This document shows, in pieces, positions 9,056-17,868 of a DNA stretch of 64,000 nucleotides (its first letter is position 1; every line of letters begins with the position of its first letter). The DNA comes from an uncultured delta proteobacterium. GTDB lineage: Bacteria; Desulfobacterota; Syntrophia; Syntrophales; UBA2192. The stretch is taken from NCBI GenBank assembly GCA_963828305.1, contig CAWHEJ010000034.1, positions 11,942 through 75,941 on the forward strand, read 5' to 3'. The position numbers and the translations under genes were made by a program. The notes under the pieces were generated by a model. It was not told the origin of the DNA and made no database searches. It saw only the letters and a list, made by a program, of their open reading frames with translations.

Positions 9056-9294
9056 ATGATCTATTACCCTTCAAGCCGCTCCGGTCCTTGCCGTTATCCA
9101 TTTGAAGCAACTCGCTTTAACCCCTTGAATGGATTTCAAAACTGCGTTATCGTGCCCATCATGCACTTTCCACGGTCGGCCGGTTTGCTTTCCCCGACCC
9201 GAATCGAGTCCGGCACAGAACCGGCGGTTTCAATCCGGGTCTTCCCGCCGAGTCTTCCCGGCGGGAAGGCCCATGGCGAGATCAGGGGGTTCCC

Positions 9295-9990
9295 ATGGCA
9301 GAACGAAATCCGGAAGATCTTCGCAACTATCTCCAGCCGACGCTCTATATCGACTCCGACTCTCCGGTGGTGATCGACTTCGCGAAAACCCATGCACGGG
9401 GTGAAACGGCGAGGGAAAAAGCCATCAGCCTTTTCCGGGCCGTCCGCGACGAGATCCTCTACGACCCCTATAACATCCGGCTTGTCCCGGAAGAGTACAA
9501 GGCAAGCGTCATCATCGGAAAGCGCAGAGGGTACTGCGTGGCGAAGGCCATCGCCCTGGCCGCCGCCGCCCGGGCATCGGGGATTGCCTCGCGGGTCGGG
9601 TTTGCCGATGTAAAAAACCATTTGAGCACGGAGCGGCTCAGGAAGATCATGAAAACAGACGTTTTTGTCTTCCACGGTTACGCGGAACTGTTCCTGGAGG
9701 GGCACTGGTTCAAGGTCACGCCGACCTTCAACATGAGCCTCTGCGAGAAGTTCGGCGTCAGGCCCCTGGAATTCGACGGCAAATCGGATTGCCTCTTCCA
9801 CGAATACGACAAGCAGGGGCACAGGCACATGCAATACCTGCGCGACCACGGGGCCTTTGCGGATGTCCCCTTTGACCGGATCGTGGACGAGTTCCATCGG
9901 CACTACCCGGAGTTCTTCCCCAAAGACGGGGGCCCCGTCGGAGGCGACTTCGCCGGGGAAGCCGCAAAAGAAGCGGACGGCAACCGTTGA
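9295..9990 (+). CDS. transglutaminase-like cysteine protease superfamily protein
   Basis: Catalytic-core pattern: Cys in GKRRGYCVAKAIALAAAARASGIASR, His in VFHGYAELFLEGHWFKVTP. Confidence 0.75.
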   Translation: MAERNPEDLRNYLQPTLYIDSDSPVVIDFAKTHARGETAREKAISLFRAVRDEILYDPYNIRLVPEEYKASVIIGKRRGYCVAKAIALAAAARASGIASRVGFADVKNHLSTERLRKIMKTDVFVFHGYAELFLEGHWFKVTPTFNMSLCEKFGVRPLEFDGKSDCLFHEYDKQGHRHMQYLRDHGAFADVPFDRIVDEFHRHYPEFFPKDGGPVGGDFAGEAAKEADGNR

Positions 9991-10044
9991 GATCAAGGCA
10001 CGGCGACAGACGGCATCAGGCGGGAGGCAAGGACTTACTTCAAG

Positions 10045-12726
10045 ATGTTATCCGTCATTTTCTATTTCCAGTTCCATCACCCGTTCCTGCTCCATCCCGA
10101 GCGGGACAAGTTCCTGTGGGATGAGCGAAACCGGGAGCTCTTCACCGATAAGGCGAGGCAGTGCTACCTTCCCGCCATCCGGACGCTGACGTCGCTCGTC
10201 GTGAAACAGCCCGAGTTCAAGCTCACCGTGGGCCTGTCCGGGACGTTTCTGGATCAGGCGGAACTCTACCAGAGCGAGGTCATCAAGGCCCTCCAGGACC
10301 TCCTCGACACCGGCCGGGAGGGTGAGCGCGTCGAGTTTCTCGACGAGACGCACTATCACTCCCTGGCAAGCCTCTTCGAAGATCCCCGCAAGCAGGAATT
10401 CCGGGACCAGGTCTCCCTCCACCGGGACCGGATGGCCAAGCATTTCGGGACTCGCCCCACGTCCTTTTGCAACACGGACCTGATCTTCAACAACGACATC
10501 GCCGCCGTCGTCACCGACATGGGATACACGGCAATGCTCTGCGAGACGGCTCAGCCCGGGGCCGCAAGCGGGACGTTATACCGGGCGCAGGGGACGGATC
10601 TGCTCGTCATCCCTAGAGATCGCGAGTTGAGCGATGATGTCCAGTTCCGCTTCGCGCAGCACCCCCTCACGCCACGCGGGGTTTTGGAGCGCATCGCGAA
10701 GGGCACAGGAGGGGTCGTGCTCCTGGGAACCAACGTGGAGCACATGGGCGCACCGGGCCCGGAAAGCATCGGGATCCATGACTTCTGGAGAGGTGTGGCC
10801 GAGGCGATACCGGAATTTTCGGGCATCGAGGCAGCCACTCCGGCAGAGCTGGCCCGGCGTTTCCGGGACGCCGACTGCCCGGAGACGGACATCCCCGCAC
10901 CGGCCGTCGCCGACCGGGCAGCAATGGAACGGCAGACGGGCGGCTGGCTCGACGACCCGGCACAGTTCGATCTCTTCCGCGACATCGAGAAGATGGAGGA
11001 AATCGCCCGCAAGGCCGGAGGGGAGCTCCTGACCCACTGGCGCCACCTCACGGCATCGGATCACCTCTACGCCATCCACCAGCGGACAGGCAGGGAGTCC
11101 TCGCTGGGCGCCTATGAGAACCCCTTCGGGGAATCGCTGGCCAGCGCCGTCCACATCCTGACGCGAAAGATCGACATCCTCACGGTCACCATCTTCCGCT
11201 TCGAGATCCTCACGCGAAAAGAGAGGCCCGCCGTCCTCATCATCACGCCGGAAACGGGCCGGCTGCCAGAGGATCTGGGGGGCCTCGCCAAGTACATCTC
11301 CGGAAAGAGCGGAGGCCAGGGCGAGGTCATCTCGGCGTTGTGCGAGGGCCTGACGGAGCGGGGCGTCGACGTTCACCTGGCCGTTTTGAATCTGAAAAAA
11401 CGATTCCAGAGAGAATCCCGGCTGAGCGCGCAGCAGTGGCGGGAGGTCCGCTACAAGATCGATCCCGAAAAGATCCACCTGGTCAGCTCGGGGGTATATT
11501 CCGATCTGCTGAGCGCTTACGGGGGAAACCCGTTGCTCAACGCCGCAGAATTCCAGCGCGAGATCGTCAACAACGTCATCAAGGCCGTGAGCGCCCGCCA
11601 TGGCGGAAGGCTCATCGTCCACACCCACGATTGGATGGCGGGCGGGATCATCAACGCCTACCTGAAGGCCCGGGGAGTACCCGTCCTGCACACCGTCCAC
11701 AATGTCTTCACGGGCCATGTCCCGCTCGACATGCTGTTCGGCGTGGACCTGGAGGACTTCTCCGAGAACATCTATTACTCGTCGGAGTACGGCAGGCGCT
11801 GCATCGACAGCCAGGCCACGGCCATCAAGAACGCAAACCTGATTAATTTCGTGGGCGAGCAATTCCTCAAGGAGGTGGTCTACGACTACTTCATGGACCG
11901 GCCCCTCGTGCCGCCCGGCGTGAGGATGGAGGTCAAGGCCAAGTACTTCCACGGGACGGCCATCTCCATCATCAATGCGCCGCCGCCCTACATGTACCCG
12001 GAGCGATGCGATTTCTGCGTCGAGAAATTCGGCCCCGACGACGACGTCCTGGAGGCCAAGCGCATCAACCGCGTGGAATTCCAGAAACGGATGGGGCTCA
12101 ACGTCGATCCCGACGCGATCCTTCTTTTCTGGCCCTCCCGCCTCGACCCCACACAAAAGGGGGTGGCGCTGCTGGAGCAGGTGGCGGGGCCCTTCGTCGT
12201 CGATCACCCCGACGTTCAGATCGCCATCGTGGGCGACGGGGTGGGCAGCGACCGGACCCACGTGGAGGTGCTGGGGCGGATCGCCTACGCCTCGGGCGGG
12301 CGGATCGGTTACCAGCCCTTCAGCGAGGAGCTCTGCATGCTGGGCTACGCAGCGGCAAGCGACGTCTTCGGGGCTTCGCTCTACGAGCCCTGCGGCCAGA
12401 TCGACCAGGTGGGGAACATCTTCGGCGCCACAGCCACAAACCGCGACACGGGAGGCTACCACGACAAGATCCGGGAGCTTCGCCTGAAGAGCGCCGGCGC
12501 GCCCCAGGACGTGGGAAACGGCTTTTTGTTCCGGGACTACGACGCCCGGGGGCTGTGGTACGGCCTCGAGAACAGCGTCAGGTTCCACCGGAAGCCGCCC
12601 GAAATCCGCGAGCCCCAGATCCGGCGGATCATGCGCGAGACCCGGCAGCGCTACAGGCTCGAGAACATGATCGCCGCCTACATCCGCGCCTACGAGCGGA
12701 TCAACGACGGCGAGCCGATCGTTTAA
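10045..12726 (+). CDS. fusion protein: N-terminal GH57-like domain + C-terminal GT5/GT1 glycogen(starch) synthase-like domain
   Basis: 893 aa. N-terminus has FQFHHPF and ERVEFLDETHYHSLASL (GH57 regions I/II-like). C-terminal half has KSGGQGEVISAL (GGLxDV-like), FWPSRLDPTQKG, YEPCGQIDQVG (GlgA-like). Confidence 0.7.
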   Translation: MLSVIFYFQFHHPFLLHPERDKFLWDERNRELFTDKARQCYLPAIRTLTSLVVKQPEFKLTVGLSGTFLDQAELYQSEVIKALQDLLDTGREGERVEFLDETHYHSLASLFEDPRKQEFRDQVSLHRDRMAKHFGTRPTSFCNTDLIFNNDIAAVVTDMGYTAMLCETAQPGAASGTLYRAQGTDLLVIPRDRELSDDVQFRFAQHPLTPRGVLERIAKGTGGVVLLGTNVEHMGAPGPESIGIHDFWRGVAEAIPEFSGIEAATPAELARRFRDADCPETDIPAPAVADRAAMERQTGGWLDDPAQFDLFRDIEKMEEIARKAGGELLTHWRHLTASDHLYAIHQRTGRESSLGAYENPFGESLASAVHILTRKIDILTVTIFRFEILTRKERPAVLIITPETGRLPEDLGGLAKYISGKSGGQGEVISALCEGLTERGVDVHLAVLNLKKRFQRESRLSAQQWREVRYKIDPEKIHLVSSGVYSDLLSAYGGNPLLNAAEFQREIVNNVIKAVSARHGGRLIVHTHDWMAGGIINAYLKARGVPVLHTVHNVFTGHVPLDMLFGVDLEDFSENIYYSSEYGRRCIDSQATAIKNANLINFVGEQFLKEVVYDYFMDRPLVPPGVRMEVKAKYFHGTAISIINAPPPYMYPERCDFCVEKFGPDDDVLEAKRINRVEFQKRMGLNVDPDAILLFWPSRLDPTQKGVALLEQVAGPFVVDHPDVQIAIVGDGVGSDRTHVEVLGRIAYASGGRIGYQPFSEELCMLGYAAASDVFGASLYEPCGQIDQVGNIFGATATNRDTGGYHDKIRELRLKSAGAPQDVGNGFLFRDYDARGLWYGLENSVRFHRKPPEIREPQIRRIMRETRQRYRLENMIAAYIRAYERINDGEPIV

Positions 12727-12827
12727 AGACAGTGGCCAGTGATCAGTGATTAGTGACCCGTGGAGGAAAAAGAAAAATCCTCTTGCCCTTCGGAAATGCG
12801 GTGCGTGAGGGAAGAAAAGGAGGGGAA

Positions 12828-13166
12828 ATGAAAAGAGCCACTCTACCCGTTGTCGTTTCGATGGTGCCGGTACTTGTCTTCTTCGTGATCATGGCCTCCA
12901 TAAACGGCTGCGCCAGCGCTGCCAAAAAAAAAGAGGCGTACTGGAATTCTCAAATTGGTCAAGCCACCTATAACGATGTCGTCGCCCAGCTTGGGCCGCC
13001 CGTAGCGAAGGAAACGTTGTCCGACGGAAGCATGGTAGCCAAATGGGTCAGAACGTCCTATGGGACAACGCGATCATCTGCCATGGCCGATAATTGGACC
13101 GAAGAACTGGTTCTCAGGTTTTCACCCGGCGGCCTGCTCACGCAATCGTCACTGCATGAGTATTGA
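12828..13166 (+). CDS. small lipoprotein, unknown function (possibly BamE/SmpA-like)
   Basis: Signal peptide with lipobox MASINGC. ATG 12828 follows AAAGGAGGGG. Confidence 0.55.
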   Translation: MKRATLPVVVSMVPVLVFFVIMASINGCASAAKKKEAYWNSQIGQATYNDVVAQLGPPVAKETLSDGSMVAKWVRTSYGTTRSSAMADNWTEELVLRFSPGGLLTQSSLHEY

Positions 13167-13255
13167 GCCCCCCATCGCATCACGTTGTACGCCACCGCTT
13201 CGGCAAGACAAACATGCATCCGAGATTTTTTAACCAAGACGGAGGATACCTGACC

Positions 13256-14494
13256 ATGAATCATCTGGCAAAGACAGGCTGGACCGTGACGGTCGCAATT
13301 CTGCTCCTTACAGGATCGCCTGCTGCAGCGGCCGAGAAAGCAAAGACCCCCGTGACCCAGTACTGGGTAAGCGTCGCAACGCAGAACATGAGCATCCCGG
13401 GCATGCCCCGGGAAGGGATGTCGGGACTTCAGGGAATAATCGTCGGAAAGATGGCGGGAGTGGGGCCGAAGAAAAGCCTTCACCTGCAGCTCAATTCGCC
13501 GAGGACAATGCCGTCAGGCCCTGAAGCGACCCACGACATCCCGCCCGGCCTGAACATGGGAAAGACCCTGCCCCTGCTGATCCCCGAGCGTGAAAAGCCC
13601 GTGCGCGGCGGTGAAGAGCCGGAACGAAAGATGGAGAAACCGAAGATGCGCATGCTCCTTTACTGGGGATGCAGCGAGGCGGTGCGGCCGGGCCAGCCGA
13701 AGGTGCTCGACACGGAGAAGATGAGCATGCCGGAATTCGGCAAAGCCATGTCAGGGCGCACCGGTTCCGGACAGTCGCCCCCTTCACGGAGGTCAGGATG
13801 GGCCTACGCGGAATGGCCCAACCAGAAGGACCGCCAGGATGTGCCGACTAGCAGCTCCCTTTCGGGAGAGCACTTCATTCACGGCAACTACACGCCGGAT
13901 ATCAAATTCGCCGTCGGCGAGAGGCATGACTTCATGGCGCCGGTCGAATTTACCTCCGCCACAGGAGGGCTGACGGACAGCATCACCTTTCAATGGAAGA
14001 AGATCCCCACGGCGATCGGCTATTTCGCCATGGCCATCGGCCATCACGAAAAAACCGGCGAGACGATCCTCTGGTCGTCGAGCGATGCTCAGGACCCGGG
14101 ATACGGCCTCATGAACTATCTCCCCCCGGCCGATGTCAGCCGGTTCATCCGGGATAAGGTGGTCATGGGTCCCGACGTGATGAGCTGTTCGGTGCCCAAG
14201 GGGATCTTCAAGGATGCGAACGGGGCTGCACTGCAGTTCATCGGTTACGGCGACGAGTTGAACATCGCTTATCCGCCGAAACCCAGGGACTCGACAAAAC
14301 CGCACGAAACCATATGGGCTGTGAAACTGAGGAACAAGTCCACCGGGATGCTCCCGCTCGGGCAGGAAGGGATGAAGGGAACCAAGGAAAGCCGGCCCAA
14401 GCAGGATGAACAGCCGGCGGAGCCGAAGCGCGGAGAGTCCCCCGACCCCGTGAAGGACACGTTGGACAAAATGAAAAACATTCTTAAGTTTTGA
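13256..14494 (+). CDS. secreted protein of unknown function (412 aa)
   Basis: Signal peptide MNHLAKTGWTVTVAILLLTGSPAAAAE. ATG 13256 follows GGAGGA. No domain recognised; terminator follows. Confidence 0.6.
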   Translation: MNHLAKTGWTVTVAILLLTGSPAAAAEKAKTPVTQYWVSVATQNMSIPGMPREGMSGLQGIIVGKMAGVGPKKSLHLQLNSPRTMPSGPEATHDIPPGLNMGKTLPLLIPEREKPVRGGEEPERKMEKPKMRMLLYWGCSEAVRPGQPKVLDTEKMSMPEFGKAMSGRTGSGQSPPSRRSGWAYAEWPNQKDRQDVPTSSSLSGEHFIHGNYTPDIKFAVGERHDFMAPVEFTSATGGLTDSITFQWKKIPTAIGYFAMAIGHHEKTGETILWSSSDAQDPGYGLMNYLPPADVSRFIRDKVVMGPDVMSCSVPKGIFKDANGAALQFIGYGDELNIAYPPKPRDSTKPHETIWAVKLRNKSTGMLPLGQEGMKGTKESRPKQDEQPAEPKRGESPDPVKDTLDKMKNILKF

Positions 14495-14549
14495 TGGCTC
14501 GACCCCTGTCGGCCACATCCCATTTTTCCAACCTGAACAAAACGAAAAG

Positions 14550-14587
14550 AGGGGTAACACCGGCCAGGATGTTACCCCTTTCATTTG
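14550..14587 (+). terminator. Rho-independent terminator after the 13256-14494 gene
   Basis: AGGGGTAAC / GTTACCCCT stem followed by TTCATTT. Confidence 0.55.
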
Positions 14588-15065
14588 AAGACGAGAACAC
14601 CGGAACAGTCGCCCGACTCTTTTTTAAGCATTCCTTTCTGAAACGACAGAACCGCATTTCCGAATCGGACAGAAGATGACAAACGGATACGGTGTCCATT
14701 CATGGACATTCCCTCCGCTTGGCGAATTTGCTTGCCTTCGATGTAAAAAAGAATAGAATTATTTACGAAGCGTTTTCCGCACAAGCAATTATATCCACCA
14801 ACGCCCAGGCGTCATTCAACATCAAACCCAGGCTTTCCAGGTTCCCTCTTGCAAGAGGGGTGTTCGGTTTTCCGCAAACATTTTCCGTCATGGACGGACA
14901 AGCTTACGTCGTATGGATCGGTGCCGCACCGTGACAAGCTCAGCCAGGGCATCGACATGATCAAGAAGATGTTTTAGGGCCGCTGCCCCCCCGGCAAGGA
15001 GCCGGGAGGGCAGGTTGAACGAAGATCTATGGACAGACGTACAAAACAAAAAGGAGGGAGAATCA

Positions 15066-15731
15066 ATGGCTATGTTTCATCCGATTGACAAACGCGTATT
15101 CCTTTCAAAATGGACCTCGTGCCGCGGACAGGGCAACACGGCTTTTCTGGTCGTCATGGTGTGCATCATCATCCTGGTCTTCCTGCAGCTCCGGTACTGC
15201 GCACCCACGCCGCCGGCCCCAGCCGTGAAGCCGGCCGTTGACGCGGCGACCAAGGCAGTAATGGACAAGCTCGGCAAATTCATGGCAACCAAGCTGCCGA
15301 ACGGGGTTGAGCTCAACCTTCCCGAGTTCGGCGTCGAGAAAAAACTGATTGCCTTCATCGAAGACAAAAACAAGCCTGTTGACAAAACGACCTGGTTTTC
15401 CTTTGATCGATTGGATTTCGAAACGGGAAGCGCAACGCTGAAACCGACCTCAGCGGAGCAGCTGAAGAACATCGCGGAGATCATGAAAGCCTATCCGAAA
15501 GTTGCACTGAAGCTTGGAGGGTACACGGATAATGTGGGCAATGCAGACGCCAATCTCAAGCTATCCCAGCAGAGGGCTAAAAACACCATGCAGGAGCTTG
15601 TCAAGTCAGGCGTCGATGCCAAGAGGCTGGAGGCCGAAGGGTATGGGGAGAAGTTCCCGGTTGCCGACAACTCTACGGAAGAAGGACGCGCGAAGAACCG
15701 GAGAATCGATCTGAGGGTAACGGGCAAGTAA
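15066..15731 (+). CDS. OmpA/MotB-family peptidoglycan-binding protein with N-terminal membrane anchor
   Basis: C-terminal OmpA-like domain (LKLGGYTDNVGNADANLKLSQQRAKN ... GRAKNRRIDLRV). ATG 15066 follows AAAGGAGGGAG. Confidence 0.85.
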   Translation: MAMFHPIDKRVFLSKWTSCRGQGNTAFLVVMVCIIILVFLQLRYCAPTPPAPAVKPAVDAATKAVMDKLGKFMATKLPNGVELNLPEFGVEKKLIAFIEDKNKPVDKTTWFSFDRLDFETGSATLKPTSAEQLKNIAEIMKAYPKVALKLGGYTDNVGNADANLKLSQQRAKNTMQELVKSGVDAKRLEAEGYGEKFPVADNSTEEGRAKNRRIDLRVTGK

Positions 15732-15967
15732 GGGAAGCGCTCGCTTCGTGGGAGATGGCCGGTAAGCCTTGTCAACAACGGGGTCAGGGGGCTGCCGGGC
15801 GCCATGTCGGCGTCCGGCAGCCTGTCCCCCGCTGACCCAAAATCCGATGGCCATCGACCTCGAGTCTTATGCAACAGGATCAAGGAAGACGGGATCGTTC
15901 ACCGCGCGGGCTGACCCGACAGCCCTGATCCTTGTTTTTCACAAGCCGGAGAAAGGAACTACAGGAA

Positions 15968-16465
15968 ATGGCCACGCAAGCCGCATTTACACCAGAGGAA
16001 TGGACTCTTCTCAGGATCGTGCCTTCGCTCGTCGTCGGTGGCGTCTCCGCCGCCGATCCGAACGGCATCTTCGGCGCCGTCAAGGAAGCCGCGGCCGGAA
16101 TGACGGAAATGATCGCGTCGCTCCAGAAAGGCTCAAAGCTCGAGCTCTTGGACGCGATGCTGGCGGACAAGAGCATTCCCGGGATGCCTGATCCGAAGAC
16201 ACTCGTCGGTGAGGGCAATCGTGAACAGCAGATGGCAAATCTCAAATCCGCCGTGCTGGGTCGCATCGGGGAGGTGGTAAACCTGGTAAGCCGGAAGGCA
16301 ACACCCGATGAGGCAAAGGCTTACAAGCAGATGATCATGAGTGTGGCATCAAAGACGGCGAATGCGTCCAAGGAAGGCGGGTTTCTCGGCTTCGGCGGCG
16401 TTCGGGTGAGCAGTGCCGAAGAGTCCTTCCTCAATGAGGTGAAGGCTGTCCTGCAGCTCACCTGA
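15968..16465 (+). CDS. hypothetical protein (165 aa)
   Basis: Coding-like composition; ATG 15968 follows AAAGGA; C-terminal GGFLGFGGVRVSSAEESFL motif that I recall from uncharacterised proteins. Confidence 0.55.
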   Translation: MATQAAFTPEEWTLLRIVPSLVVGGVSAADPNGIFGAVKEAAAGMTEMIASLQKGSKLELLDAMLADKSIPGMPDPKTLVGEGNREQQMANLKSAVLGRIGEVVNLVSRKATPDEAKAYKQMIMSVASKTANASKEGGFLGFGGVRVSSAEESFLNEVKAVLQLT

Positions 16466-16566
16466 GCTTCGAGGCGCGCGGCTCAACCGTAACGTTACTC
16501 TCTTTCAATACGTAATCCCCCTGTCTGACAGTTGTCCACCTCTGAGCAGTCGAAGGTGAAAGAAAT

Positions 16567-16611
16567 AAAAAAAGCCCCCGTCCCGGCGCTCATCCGGGAT
16601 GGGGGCTTTTA
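16567..16611 (+). terminator. Rho-independent terminator (bidirectional shape)
   Basis: AAAAAAAGCCCCCGTCCCGG ... CCGGGATGGGGGCTTTTA. Confidence 0.65.
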
Positions 16612-16683
16612 CTTGGAGGACCTTTCAGCCGCTCCGCGGCAGGCATCAGACTTCAGGCATCGGGCTTCAGGATCAAGAGAACG

Positions 16684-16720
16684 AAAAACCCGCCGCGGAT
16701 TCACTCCGGGCGGGTTTCTT
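16684..16720. terminator. second terminator-like hairpin
   Basis: AAAAACCCGCC ... GGCGGGTTTCTTA. Confidence 0.5.
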
Positions 16721-16807
16721 ATAGGAGGACCTATCTGGCCGCTTTTCGTTTCTTTCGTTCTTCGTCTATTTCGTTTCTTTCGTTTTCCGGTCGTTCCTCG
16801 ATCCTGC

Positions 16808-17062
16808 TCAGCCTTTCACCTGGGGCCTGCGTTCGATCCGGTCCCAGGCGTCCTTGTAGAGCCTGCCGATGCAGAGCGCCAGCCCCAGGAAGAACAGCCC
16901 CAGCATGAACGTCGGCGGCGTGTTGAGCATCTCGTCGATCAGGTGACCCACGTACAGGAAGAGCATCGAGGCAATCACGATCGCAAACCCCCAGGCGCCG
17001 ATCACAAGGATGTGTGAGAAATCGATCTGCCGCGGTCTTGTCTTGATTGCTGTCTGTGCCAT
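16808..17062 (-). CDS. small two-TM membrane protein, AtpZ/AtpI-like (tentative)
   Basis: 84 aa; two TM helices with LIDEMLNTPPTFMLGLFFLGLALCIG pattern, reminiscent of AtpZ/AtpI family; no ATP synthase genes nearby. Confidence 0.45.
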   Translation of the reverse strand: MAQTAIKTRPRQIDFSHILVIGAWGFAIVIASMLFLYVGHLIDEMLNTPPTFMLGLFFLGLALCIGRLYKDAWDRIERRPQVKG

Positions 17063-17114
17063 GACCTGCTCCTCCTTTCTTTCGTTTTACACGCTACCCG
17101 CTACACGCTTCTTC

Positions 17115-17387
17115 TTACATCAGGTTCTTGATCGCGTCGGCCACGGGGCTCGTGAACAGGGCCACCATCACCGCGTACATCGCGAAGCTGCCAACGGCCT
17201 CGCTCAGGTAGAGCTTCTCGTACTTCTGCTTCAGCGAAACGATCGTCATGCCGCCCACGATCAACGCGCCCAGGTGGAAGTAGGGGAAGCTGCCGGCGCC
17301 GGCTGCGGAGTACTCGGCGAAGCTGAAGGTTGCGGTGATGAGCACTACGACTGCGCTGAGAATCAGGGTGGAAAGCGTCTTTTTCAT
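17115..17387 (-). CDS. small membrane protein with signal peptide, unknown family (paralog of 17858-18145)
   Basis: 90 aa; MKKTLSTLILSAVVVLITATFSFA signal; shares GG-T-VSL-K-Y ... MV-LF-SP--DA pattern with the next gene. Confidence 0.55.
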   Translation of the reverse strand: MKKTLSTLILSAVVVLITATFSFAEYSAAGAGSFPYFHLGALIVGGMTIVSLKQKYEKLYLSEAVGSFAMYAVMVALFTSPVADAIKNLM

Positions 17388-17611
17388 TTTGAGGTCCTCC
17401 TCGGTGTTTTTGTTTGTTGCCTATTGGTATTGGAAGGACCGTGCCAGGACGGGCGCCGGGCGAAAGATAGTTTGCAAGTCGCTGAATCATAAAGGGAAAC
17501 TGCGACGCGAGGGCTTGCACGTCCCTCCCTCCGAAGCCCTCGAAAAGGCCCCGTTTTGAAAGAAACGTTCAACCGGGGGTGAACGAAACATCGAAGAAAG
17601 GGTATCGGGAC

Positions 17612-17660
17612 AAACAAGAAGTGTCTGAGTGTCTGAGTGCTTGAGTGTCTAAGTGAAGAG
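17612..17660. repeat. family C tract (GTGTCTGAGT units)
   Basis: GTGTCTGAGTGTCTGAGTGCTTGAGTGTCTAAGTGAAG. Confidence 0.6.
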
Positions 17661-17700
17661 GACAAAGGGACTGGCTACCAGGATACAAAATGAAATCCTG

Positions 17701-17868
17701 GGTCCTCGAACCTCGCTCCTCGCGCCTGCTTTGGAGTTCATGTTCAGGCGGGTCAAAAATGGCCAGATGCAAGGCGCCCGAAAGCCCGAGGAGCGAGGCG
17801 TACTATTCCGTACATTGAGCGACGAGGGCAGAGGGCAACGCCGCAGATGGCCGTTTTTCACCCGCCTG
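17701..17868. repeat. interleaved inverted repeats
   Basis: CCTCGCTCCTCG (17711-17722) / CGAGGAGCGAGG (17788-17799), and CAGGCGGGTCAAAAATGGCC (17745-17764) / GGCCGTTTTTCACCCGCCTG (17849-17868). The last arm overlaps the 3' end of the 17858 gene. Confidence 0.45.

Noticed and set aside
10576-12588. 670-aa minus-strand ORF opposite the GH57-glycogen synthase gene
   Set aside because: It is antisense to a CDS with clear family motifs. Its composition (runs of DD, VV, GR, HP) is not protein-like. GC-rich antisense artefact.
14880-14977. Short frame ending ...RDKLSQGIDMIKKMF-stop as a remnant of a transposase or other gene
   Set aside because: There is no recognisable family, no inverted repeats and no upstream continuation. 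The idea is unsupported.
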